Shown here piece after piece: positions 51,233-59,807 of a DNA stretch of 64,000 nt. The notes under the pieces were generated by a model that saw nothing but the letters and a program-made list of their open reading frames with translations, ran no database searches and was not told the origin of the DNA. The stretch is from Pseudomonadota bacterium (GTDB lineage Bacteria > Pseudomonadota > Alphaproteobacteria > Micavibrionales > UBA2020): positions 18,173-82,172 of the forward strand of contig JAJZTA010000006.1 of the NCBI GenBank assembly GCA_021849295.1, written 5' to 3'. The position numbers and the translations under genes were made by a program. Each line of letters starts with the position of its first letter. Positions within the stretch are counted from its first letter, which is position 1.

Positions 51233-53854
51233 ATGACAAAAGATGCACAATGCGCCCTTACCATTCTTACATGCCGCGGCGAAGACCTCATGGCGACCAA
51301 ATTATTCTACGCGCAAGAGGATGGCACGATAAACAAAGAATCCTTCAGCGCCGGAAAATTCTTCAAACACGAAGAAAAACAGGTCTCCAACATTTATGAG
51401 CTTGCCGAAGTATTCGATAATCTGCTGAATGAACCCAAAAAGTTCGTTATCAGAGGCAAGGCTAAAAAAGCCGCAGGAGAAATTGTCAGAAGGAAAACCC
51501 ATGCCCCTCATGCCGCTTTTGACGCCGTTCCGCGGCGTTGGGTCATGTTGGATATCGACAAGCAAGAGTGCCCGGCATACTTTGACCCCGCAAAAAATCC
51601 GGAAGAGGTTGCGCGTTGGGCCTTGGGACTGCTACCGGAGCCCTTCAGAAACGTGACTTGCTTCTGCAAGTTCAGCGCGAGCCAAAGCGTGCCGGGAAAG
51701 ATCGGAGATGCGCCGCAGTCAAGGGTATCGATGCACATTGTCTTCTGGTGCGACAGGGCGGCATCAGAAGAAGAATGGAAGCGTTACTTCAAGGGCAACC
51801 CTGCCCCGATTGATCGAGCGCTCTTTTCGCCTGTGCAAATCCACTACACGGCAAGGCCGATCTTTCAAGGGATAGACGACCCCGTGCCAAGGAGAACATG
51901 TGTGCTTAAGGGAGATAATGATGTTCTTACCGTCCCGCCAATACCGGCGCCAGAGACGAGAAAGTCTGGGCAACGTAGGGAAACCGCGCCCGAGGTCAGT
52001 GAGGACAGCCGCGACAAGGCCCTTGATCTTCTGCGTCCTTATTACAAGGAGGGGGCGCGCAGCAGGTTAAGTGGCGCGATTGCGGCTACCCTGTATCGAG
52101 GGGGCTGGGGGGCTGAAGATGTGGCGGATTTTGTTCAAGCCCTGGCTGCATCGGCAGATGATGAGGAGGCAGCGGCGCGCTACGACAGTGCGTTGCGCAT
52201 CTGCTCTGCCGTTGATGATAACCGTCCTGCTCAAGGAAAGCCGGTATTGTTGAATGAATTCGGCATCGACAATCTTGATGAAATCATGACAGTGCTAGGT
52301 GTAGGGCAACAGGATATTAACGGCATAATCTCCAAGTTGACGAAATCAAGCACCCCCGAAGAGATCACAAATATCTTGAAGCTACTTGTACCGCTCACAA
52401 TCGCGGAACAGGAAATGTTCTTGGACAAGATCAAAAAAATGGCAGACCACCCCAAAGCCTCTCTTAACAGGATTTTCAAGTCCGTTAAAAACGAAATGCT
52501 ATCAAAGACAGCCTTTGATCCCGGGGATATGGCGATGGATTGTATGCTAAAGGATGACTTTGAATCGGGACAGCTTCTTTTGCGCGCAACGGACGGGAAT
52601 TTCTGGCAGTACAACGGCAAGTATTGGGAAGTCGCCACCGAAGACTTTCTTAGAAACAAGCTTCTTCCGCACGCAAGAACGGCTACTGATATAGATGAAT
52701 ATGCAACCGTTTCCGGGGTGCTTAATGCCGCTATAAATATTCTGAAAGGCAAGGTATTCCGCTTGAATGACGCGGCGCGCTTACTTAATGGCGAAGCTCC
52801 CGCCGTCATTAACTGCCAGAATGGCGAGCTATGGTTCGATAAAGATGGAGGTACGGTTCTGAAACCCCATCGTGCGGATAGTTACCTGCGGCACTGCCTG
52901 AAAGTCCCCTACGATCCGGCCGCAACGTGTCCGATGTTCGATGAGGCGGTGCTGGGGATATTTGCCGAGAGTGAAGACCCGCAGGGCATGGTCCGGCACT
53001 TCATGGAGTTGGCGGGCTACATCTGCCAGCCGTGGCGCAAGATTGCACTCATTGTCCTTCTCCACGGCGAAGGGAGCAATGGCAAGACAAGCTTGATAAA
53101 TATCGTCAGAAATATCATTGGCGAGAAAGCCATTATGTCAGACAGGATCAGCAAGCTCGAAGACAACCCGTTTAAAATTGGTGGACTGAATGGCAAGCTG
53201 ATGTTTCTGGATGATGACGTGGATGAGGGAATTTGCCTGTCAGACGGTCTCCTGAAAAAGATCAGTGAGGAAAAAGTCTTAACCGGACAGCACAAGTTTA
53301 AACCCTTATTTGAGTTCACATGCAGGGCAGTGCCGGTCATGCTTACGAACAGCTATCCCTCAATAAAAGACCTTTCGCACGGGATGCAAAGGAGAATGAT
53401 GGTCATCCCCTTTAAGCGTATATTCAAGATAACCAAAGATAATCGTGGCCTGTTCGACGACATTTGGGAAAGAGAGGCGTCAGGCATCCTGAACCGCATC
53501 GTCGAGGGGTATCAGCGTTTGAGAGTGCGCGGCGGCTTTGATGATCCGAAGGATTGCCTTGACGCGAAAAGGGACTGGCTGGTTCATTCAAACATATTCA
53601 ACACCTTCATAGAAGAATCCTGCAAAAAGGGGACCGACTTCAAGCAGCCCCTGAAAGAGCTTTACGACACCTTTAAGCTATATTGCGGGGAAGCTGGCGT
53701 GAAACACGTACCGGGACGCCTAGGCATTGAAAAGCGCCTCAGAAGCCTCGGATATGAGGTCACATCGTATTCAAACGGTCACAAGATCGTACACGGAATC
53801 CGCACCAAGGAAATAGAAAGGTTGCCATCGTTTAAATGTGGACCCAAAATGTGA
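51233..53854 (+). CDS. P4-family/D5-like primase-helicase
   Basis: INCQNG, SF3 Walker A GEGSNGKT, LLKKIS, RRMMVIPF; N-terminal putative primase (WVMLDID, MHIVFW). Confidence 0.88.
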   Translation: MTKDAQCALTILTCRGEDLMATKLFYAQEDGTINKESFSAGKFFKHEEKQVSNIYELAEVFDNLLNEPKKFVIRGKAKKAAGEIVRRKTHAPHAAFDAVPRRWVMLDIDKQECPAYFDPAKNPEEVARWALGLLPEPFRNVTCFCKFSASQSVPGKIGDAPQSRVSMHIVFWCDRAASEEEWKRYFKGNPAPIDRALFSPVQIHYTARPIFQGIDDPVPRRTCVLKGDNDVLTVPPIPAPETRKSGQRRETAPEVSEDSRDKALDLLRPYYKEGARSRLSGAIAATLYRGGWGAEDVADFVQALAASADDEEAAARYDSALRICSAVDDNRPAQGKPVLLNEFGIDNLDEIMTVLGVGQQDINGIISKLTKSSTPEEITNILKLLVPLTIAEQEMFLDKIKKMADHPKASLNRIFKSVKNEMLSKTAFDPGDMAMDCMLKDDFESGQLLLRATDGNFWQYNGKYWEVATEDFLRNKLLPHARTATDIDEYATVSGVLNAAINILKGKVFRLNDAARLLNGEAPAVINCQNGELWFDKDGGTVLKPHRADSYLRHCLKVPYDPAATCPMFDEAVLGIFAESEDPQGMVRHFMELAGYICQPWRKIALIVLLHGEGSNGKTSLINIVRNIIGEKAIMSDRISKLEDNPFKIGGLNGKLMFLDDDVDEGICLSDGLLKKISEEKVLTGQHKFKPLFEFTCRAVPVMLTNSYPSIKDLSHGMQRRMMVIPFKRIFKITKDNRGLFDDIWEREASGILNRIVEGYQRLRVRGGFDDPKDCLDAKRDWLVHSNIFNTFIEESCKKGTDFKQPLKELYDTFKLYCGEAGVKHVPGRLGIEKRLRSLGYEVTSYSNGHKIVHGIRTKEIERLPSFKCGPKM

Positions 53855-53963
53855 GACGAAAAAATGGCACTGCGGCGGGTTGATGGGCCCATCGCCCGCC
53901 GCAGACCGTTTATCGCGCTCTCTGCGGCAACGATGATCAGCAGCCGGCAAAAAGAAATCACGA

Positions 53964-54069
53964 GTGTGAAAACTGTGATTTTTTTTATGCTTTAATTTCC
54001 TTCATAAGATTTTTTCAAAAAATTTTATCTTCAGAAATAATTTGTTAAAAAAAACCACACATCTCACAC
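53964..54069. other. Candidate replication origin of the element
   Basis: Imperfect IR GTGTGAAAACTGTGATTTTTTT / AAAAAAACCACACATCTCACAC flanking a very AT-rich spacer directly after the primase. Confidence 0.4.
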
Positions 54070-54393
54070 ACATGAATTTCACGTAGCGCACACTGCCAAT
54101 TACAAAAGTCACGATGAGAATCGAGAAACGGCGGATTAACGCTTTGATATTATTATGCCAATTACAAAATGCAACTTGGTTACAGTTTTATGGCATTGAG
54201 ACAAACGCGAAATGTTTATCATATCCATAATGTCTAATGCCGCTGACGCGTTGTTTACGGGTGTTACCGTCTGCACTTCCGGCATATAATCGATCTCAAG
54301 GTGGCCGAAAAAGGGCTGCCCGGGGTGTTGTAACCCTACCTGAGCGGCCAAATAGCATCTGGCCGTTACCAACGATGCTGCTTTCTCGATCTA

Positions 54394-54475
54394 TGTCGGG
54401 GAGGCAGCGGAATGTAATAACGTGTGAGCGTAAATACGCTGCACCGTTCTCAGGACGGTTACAAACTCCCCGGCG
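54394..54475 (+). ncRNA. c4-like antisense RNA (cloverleaf)
   Basis: Closing stem TGTCGGGGAG/CTCCCCGGCG, stem GCAGCG/CGCTGC, stem ACCGT/ACGGT with TCTCAGG loop; complementary sites at 54327-54343 and 54945-54959. Confidence 0.7.
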
Positions 54476-54505
54476 CCAGAGGAAACTCTGGTGCCGTTTT
54501 GCTTT
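54472..54505 (+). terminator. Terminator-like hairpin overlapping the RNA 3' end
   Basis: GGCGCCAGAG-GAAA-CTCTGGTGCC followed by GTTTTGCTTT. Confidence 0.55.
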
Positions 54506-54527
54506 AACCGCAAACGAAGGAGCAAGT

Positions 54528-54947
54528 ATGTCCAAAAATGTTATAGCAATTCTATCGTTAACGCTGCTGCTGGCAGGCTGTGCAGGGATGCAGGCGCGGG
54601 AAGAAAAAACCGCCGCGTATCAGTCCTGCGACCAGCACAAGAGTTTCGTCGCGAGCGCGGCCTGCACGAAGCGGATCGCCGCAACCGACACAGCGCTGTT
54701 ACCGGGCAGCCCTGACATGCAGGAGCTCGTCGCGCTGAAGGCCGTTCTGGCCGAGAAGGTCCGCGCCAAGAAAATGACCAACGCGGAGGCGTGGCTCGAG
54801 TACATCAGAAGGAAGAACGAGCTAGCGCGGCAAGCGGCGCAAGCGCGCGCTGAAAGAAACGCCGCCATAAGGGCGTCCATGTACCGCAATTCCCAAAGGA
54901 CCACCTGCACCGGCCTCGGCAACCAGATCGATTGCAATACGTATTAA
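54528..54947 (+). CDS. Lipoprotein of unknown function
   Basis: AAGGAG RBS, MSKNVIAILSLTLLLAGC lipobox, C-terminal TTCTGLGNQIDCNTY. Confidence 0.8.
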   Translation: MSKNVIAILSLTLLLAGCAGMQAREEKTAAYQSCDQHKSFVASAACTKRIAATDTALLPGSPDMQELVALKAVLAEKVRAKKMTNAEAWLEYIRRKNELARQAAQARAERNAAIRASMYRNSQRTTCTGLGNQIDCNTY

Positions 54948-54970
54948 CCGAGCCTGAGAGGACTGGACCA

Positions 54971-55114
54971 ATGCCAACCCCGCTATTTATCGCCCTGATG
55001 GCCTTGGTAGGCGTGGGAATATTCGGAGGCGCCGGAGCCATGCTGCATCTACTTTTTATATTCGTGATGTGCTGGATGGGTCTTGCGGCATTCTGCGCGT
55101 GGCGTGAAAGATGA
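54971..55114 (+). CDS. 47-aa hydrophobic membrane peptide
   Basis: GAGGA RBS; MPTPLFIALMALVGVGIFGGAGAMLHLLFIFVMCWMGLAAFCAWRER. Confidence 0.6.
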   Translation: MPTPLFIALMALVGVGIFGGAGAMLHLLFIFVMCWMGLAAFCAWRER

Positions 55115-55162
55115 TGGATGTCTACTAAAAAAGCCAAGGAAATTTTTCCAGCCTCGTGAGAC

Positions 55163-56461
55163 CTATTCCAAGAACTCCTCCATATCAGGAATGCGCGTAA
55201 AGGCGATCTTGCTTTCCGTCGAAGCGCTATCTTGCACCGCCGTCATACCCAGAAGGACGGTGTTTCTGCCGAACTTCTGATTAAGCGCATCCATAGCCTT
55301 TGAAATCTTCTCATGCTTCTCGCGTTGCTTGTTCTGATTGGCTTGCTGTGCTTGATTAAACAAATCCGGCTGGATGTGCAGATCATCGTCGGCCACCAAT
55401 CCATGAAGGACGATATTTACTTTTTTAATGCGTTTGTTTTTTGCTTCTCTCATCAACTCACGCCAGAGGACGTCCAGCAGATGCAGGAAGGTAAAGCTAT
55501 CCTGCGAAGGGTCGCATTTTGTTTCAAGCCCGAGCCGCGGCCCGTTTTCTATGCGGAACGAAACCGAGAAAGCCCCGGCATGATAATTAATGCGACGCAA
55601 GCGTGCCGCGGCCTTCATGGTCAGGCGTCTTGCTATTGTGTAAGCTTTGTCCGGCGGCCGCATTTCAGGAGAAAGCACATGACTATGCCCGATGGAATTA
55701 CGCTCCGTTTCTTCATCGGGAAGGTCATAGCCGCGCAGGTAATACCACATCTTTTCACCCCAGATACTGCCCCAGACGGCGCGCAGATGTTTGGGCTGGA
55801 GCTTTAAAAGCGAAGGAATGTCGTAAATACCCGCAAGATTGAGGCGTCTCTCCATGTTGGGGCCGATGCCCGGCAAATCCCGCAAATCTAATGCGTGCAG
55901 ACGTCCCGGGATATCCGCCGGATTAAGGATCGTCAGTCCGTCCGGCTTTTGCATGTCGGTTGCCACCTTGGACAAGTATTTGCTGGGAGCAACGCCGATG
56001 GAGCAGCGCACGTATTCGCCAATATTTTGAGCAAGTCCCCCCTTGATGGACTTGGCAATCGCGGTTGTCCGTTCAACTGACATTTCGTTCTTCATCAGCT
56101 TGCAGGCCATCTCGTCGATGGAGCAGACCTTCGTGACAGGGATATGCCGGTCGATCTCGTCCAGGATGCGCTCATGGAACTCGACGTAATGGTTATGCCG
56201 ACCTATAACGCAGATTAAATCCGGGCACAGCTTCCTTGCTTCCCAGACGGGGGTGCCGGTCTTAATGCCGAAAGCCTTGGCTTCATAGCTGGCAGCAATG
56301 GCGCAAGTGGTCTCTGTCTCGACTGGAATGACGGCCACGGGCTTCCCACGTAGCCGCGGGTTCATTTGCTGCTCGACGCTGGCGAAATAAGAATTGAAGT
56401 CTACATACAGCCAGCGAAGGCCCAAGGGTGGTGCCAGTGGATTTATGGTGTCATCGCTCAT
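55163..56461 (-). CDS. Y-family DNA polymerase (DinB/UmuC-like)
   Basis: YVDFNSYFASVEQ, IAASYEAKAFG, SIDE, SKVATDMQKPDG, LPGIG. Confidence 0.92.
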   Translation of the reverse strand: MSDDTINPLAPPLGLRWLYVDFNSYFASVEQQMNPRLRGKPVAVIPVETETTCAIAASYEAKAFGIKTGTPVWEARKLCPDLICVIGRHNHYVEFHERILDEIDRHIPVTKVCSIDEMACKLMKNEMSVERTTAIAKSIKGGLAQNIGEYVRCSIGVAPSKYLSKVATDMQKPDGLTILNPADIPGRLHALDLRDLPGIGPNMERRLNLAGIYDIPSLLKLQPKHLRAVWGSIWGEKMWYYLRGYDLPDEETERNSIGHSHVLSPEMRPPDKAYTIARRLTMKAAARLRRINYHAGAFSVSFRIENGPRLGLETKCDPSQDSFTFLHLLDVLWRELMREAKNKRIKKVNIVLHGLVADDDLHIQPDLFNQAQQANQNKQREKHEKISKAMDALNQKFGRNTVLLGMTAVQDSASTESKIAFTRIPDMEEFLE

Positions 56462-56477
56462 GGGAATCTCCAATGTC

Positions 56478-56492
56478 GTTCTCAGTTTGTTC
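56478..56492 (-). promoter_or_regulatory. Alphaproteobacterial LexA (SOS) box
   Basis: GTTC-TCAGTTT-GTTC, a perfect GTTC-N7-GTTC, 16 nt upstream of the polymerase start. Confidence 0.8.
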
Positions 56493-56506
56493 TAAACTGT
56501 GACCGG

Positions 56507-57100
56507 ATGTCAATCGCGCCTATATTTCCAGATTTATATTGCACTGAGATCCCTCGCAGACAACCCGCTGACGAGATCAAAGAGTTTATCGATCAATACC
56601 TTACACTTTCTGCATATTAGGTAGAGGTATTGCCAATAATCCAATATATGATGCAGAACATGGATATTTTCTCTCAGACGAAAAGAAGTCAGATTATGCG
56701 AAGGATTGCCAGACGGAACATCCCTGTTCAGCCTGGTTCTTATATATCCATTGGCCAGCCAGTTCATATCCTCCATGGTATCTATGTCGGTCGTATTGGA
56801 GATAGCGAGTTTGAGGCTCAAGTTGGCGTCGTTTGGAAAAAGGAGATCATAGATGAGATTATTGATGATGGTAGACCGGCAATTTCTACTTGGAAAATTG
56901 AATGCCCTCTCTCTGACGTCGAGAAGAAAATAGAGCAGAGCTGGCCCAAGGAAGCTGATCCAGATATGTATTTGGATGAGAAACCCGCACTATCTTATCT
57001 CATATTTCACGTCATGGAAGCTTTAGATGGCCGCTGTGACCCTTATTATGTTGCAGATAAGATAAAGGCCTTTGCAGAACTCAAGAAAGCAGGTTCATAA
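56507..57100 (+). pseudogene. Hypothetical gene, possibly broken by an in-frame TAG (56618-56620)
   Basis: ORFs 56366-56620 and 56630-57100 share one frame; alternatively a shorter intact gene. Confidence 0.4.
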
Positions 57101-57273
57101 ACGAATATTATCAGCGATAATGTCGCGGGATGATTTCGTATCTTATGTTTTGTTCAAGATGTGGCGCCTGAGTAAAACGTGGCCTTAATAGACAATAAAA
57201 ATATATAAATATATAAAGTTGTTATTTATCAATATAATATGATTTATTTAGTCATGTTTTTTAGCAAAAAAAC

Positions 57274-57302
57274 TTTACATTTAAACCATTATACTGTATA
57301 TT
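57274..57302 (+). promoter_or_regulatory. Sigma70-like promoter of the AbiE-type operon
   Basis: TTTACA-N17-TATATT. Confidence 0.55.
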
Positions 57303-57321
57303 GAAAATAGAGGGATAAGAC

Positions 57322-58053
57322 ATGTTCACTTCACAAAAAGCAGCAAAGACAATAGCCCGCAAGATCGAGTACGGCGGCGAGAGATTATGGCGGTTTGATG
57401 ATTTTCGGGGTCTGCCGCCCGGTGCTGTCGCACAAACGCTGTCACGACTGGCACGGCAGGGAAAGCTTGAGCGGTTGAGCAAAGGCATCTATTACCGCCC
57501 CCGCCAGACATCATTCGGCAAGAGCATGGCGAACCCTGCGACGTTGCAAAAGTTATTACCCAAGCATGGTAAAGCCTTTCCTTCGGGGATTGCCGCCGCA
57601 GGTTTGCTTGGCTTTACAACGCAAGCCCCCAGACAAAAAGAAATCGCCACCAGCGCCGCCAGCCTGCCGCGCAAGCTGATCGGTCAAGGCACCATTCTGC
57701 ACACACGTCGCCCGCCTCATTGGGATAGCCTCTCCGAGGAAGAGGCCGCCTGGTTTGACTTCCTGCGGCATGCCGGAAAGACAAGCGAGCTTTCGCCCGA
57801 AAGGACGATCAACAGGACCATCGCTCTGCTGTCCGAGAAGGGGCAGTTTGAGAAGCTGTTGAAGAGTGCGCTTTCAGAGCCTCCGCGCTGCCGCGCCATC
57901 CTTGGCGCATTGGGAGAGAAGATGGGCAAAAAACCTGCTATGCTGGAGAAGCTACGCGATTCTCTAAACCCGCTCTCACGGTTTGATTTCGGGCAATTTA
58001 TCACGCTCACCACAGCTAAAAACTGGTACGCCAAGGCACGCTCCAAAGCATGA
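57322..58053 (+). CDS. AbiEi/DUF6088-like antitoxin, wHTH regulator
   Basis: QTLSRLARQGKLERLSKGIYYRP, LGFTTQ; ATGA overlap with the NTase gene. Confidence 0.8.
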   Translation: MFTSQKAAKTIARKIEYGGERLWRFDDFRGLPPGAVAQTLSRLARQGKLERLSKGIYYRPRQTSFGKSMANPATLQKLLPKHGKAFPSGIAAAGLLGFTTQAPRQKEIATSAASLPRKLIGQGTILHTRRPPHWDSLSEEEAAWFDFLRHAGKTSELSPERTINRTIALLSEKGQFEKLLKSALSEPPRCRAILGALGEKMGKKPAMLEKLRDSLNPLSRFDFGQFITLTTAKNWYAKARSKA

Positions 58054-59009
58054 AACTTTTTGAACATCCCGATTTTGAGCAGGCTGTCTTGCGGGCAGAG
58101 CAGCATTTCAAGAAAGACGGCCTTCGTGCAGCCGTCATCGAGAAGGACTATTACGTGACGGAAGCCCTGCGGATTATCGCCGCACAAGGGGACAAGGTAA
58201 TTTTCAAGGGGGGCACGAGCCTTTCCAAAGGCTGGAACCTCATCAACAGGTTTTCCGAGGACATTGATATTTTCGTCGATCCCGATGCCTATTCTCCGGC
58301 GCTTTCCGGCAGACCTCTCGACAGAGAACTGAAATCCCTGCGTGATTCCATCTCTGCCTTTCCCGCCCTGACTCACCTACCGGGTGAAAGCCAGACTATC
58401 GGCGGTTTTGGCAGAAATGACCGTTTTGAATACCGCCAACGTTTCGGCGGCGCGGGCGAAGTCGTCAACCGCGTCTTACTCGAAGCAGGGACAGCAAGCG
58501 GAAGGCAGCCAACCGAGATCGTGAACCTGCGCTCTTATCTTGCTCAGTTTCTACAGGAAACGGGCGCCACCTTGGGCGCGGAAGATGAAAGCGCGTTCCC
58601 CATGCGTCTTCTTCACTTCCGGCGTACTTTCGTGGAAAAGCTCTTTGCCATCCACAGCAAGATAGAACTGATGAAAAGCCAAGGACAGCCCCTTGGTAGC
58701 TACGCACGGCACTATTACGACCTTTACCGGCTTTCGTTGCGGCCAGAGGTGATGAGCATGCTGGCCTCAGACGAATATGCCGAGATCAAGTCAGATTACG
58801 ACCGCATCAGCAGAGCGTATTTTTCCAAGAGCTACTTTTCCCCTCAGGGAATGAGCTTTGCCAATAGTGACGCTCTTTTCCCATCTGCTGCGCTTGCTGC
58901 TAATATCGAAAGCCAGTACGAGATGCAATGCAAGCTACTCTGCTATGGGGAATACCCATCATGGCCGCAAGTGCGGGGACGGTTCGAAGAAATGAAGAAA
59001 GTTTTGTAG
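58050..59009 (+). CDS. AbiEii-family nucleotidyltransferase toxin
   Basis: IEKDYYV, FKGGTSLSK, RFSEDID, RTFVEKL, ARHYYDLY. Confidence 0.9.
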   Translation: MKLFEHPDFEQAVLRAEQHFKKDGLRAAVIEKDYYVTEALRIIAAQGDKVIFKGGTSLSKGWNLINRFSEDIDIFVDPDAYSPALSGRPLDRELKSLRDSISAFPALTHLPGESQTIGGFGRNDRFEYRQRFGGAGEVVNRVLLEAGTASGRQPTEIVNLRSYLAQFLQETGATLGAEDESAFPMRLLHFRRTFVEKLFAIHSKIELMKSQGQPLGSYARHYYDLYRLSLRPEVMSMLASDEYAEIKSDYDRISRAYFSKSYFSPQGMSFANSDALFPSAALAANIESQYEMQCKLLCYGEYPSWPQVRGRFEEMKKVL

Positions 59010-59201
59010 CTACTATTTTCCGTAGTAATTAAATTGAAAAACGGGCCACATACCAAATCAGCTATGGATGCAATCTAGAGAGGCCCGGGCTGACAATGCC
59101 CCTTGCCGGTTTGCCAGCTTGCGGATCGTCTTATATGCGATATAATTCAGCCGTGAACTGCTGCGAACGTCCCCGAACGGATGCAGGGTATCCAAGATTT
59201 C

Positions 59202-59219
59202 TCGGGGCATATTTCGGGG
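59202..59219 (+). repeat. Putative integrase arm-type sites, right copy
   Basis: Identical to 48406-48423. Confidence 0.7.
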
Positions 59220-59453
59220 CATTTACTCGGTTCACGTTCTAAAAGGTGCATGGTTGCCATGCACTTACTTAACCAATGTGGATCCTGCCCAGGAGCCATC
59301 CACCCTTCCCCGAAAATCCAAAATCGTCCGAAAAACAGCGTAAATAAGCAATAAATACGCTTGTTTTGTCCGTGATCTTCCAAGGCGATACTTTTCAAGC
59401 TATGCGAAATGTGAGTAAGTTTGTGAGTATATTTTGGCGGAAGAATCGAACTC

Positions 59454-59669
59454 ATGCCCCTTACCGAATTAGCTGTAAAGAACGCCAAACCCTGCGATAA
59501 AACCTATAGAATCAGCGATTCCGGCGTTTTGTGTGTCGAGGTCTCCCCCGCTGGCGGGAAACTCTGGCGCGGGCGGTATCGTTTTAACGGCAGTCCTCAT
59601 CACCGATATCCATCGAATCATATAAGAGGCCAAGAAGAAGAAAGTAACGATTGCAAGTCTTGCGCATAA
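59454..59669 (+). pseudogene. N-terminal remnant of a second P4-type integrase
   Basis: MPLTELAVKNAKP..YRISDSGVLCVEVSPAGGKLWRGRYRFNG, after which similarity stops; preceded by GTGAGTA direct repeats (59411-59429). Confidence 0.8.
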
Positions 59670-59807
59670 AATTCCTAATACCTCAATAAAAAGCATAGTT
59701 TCTCCTGGACCAGGAGTTGTCGAACAAGCACTTCGTTCCAATAGTCGGAAAAAGCCTAGTAAAAAAGATTCACATTGAGGCGACGACAATCCCTGATTCT
59801 AACGAGA

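Larger units (their letters stand above)
48284..59299. mobile_element. Integrative element (satellite/PICI-like) inserted at tRNA-Asn
   Basis: tRNA 3' end GATCCTTGCCCAGGGAGCCAT (48264-48284) recurs as GATCCTGCCCAGGAGCCAT (59281-59299); integrase, HTH and primase present; visibly more AT-rich. Confidence 0.85.

Noticed and set aside
54237..54527. N-terminal extension of the lipoprotein ORF
   Set aside because: Overlaps the structured RNA; RBS and lipoprotein signal indicate a start at 54528
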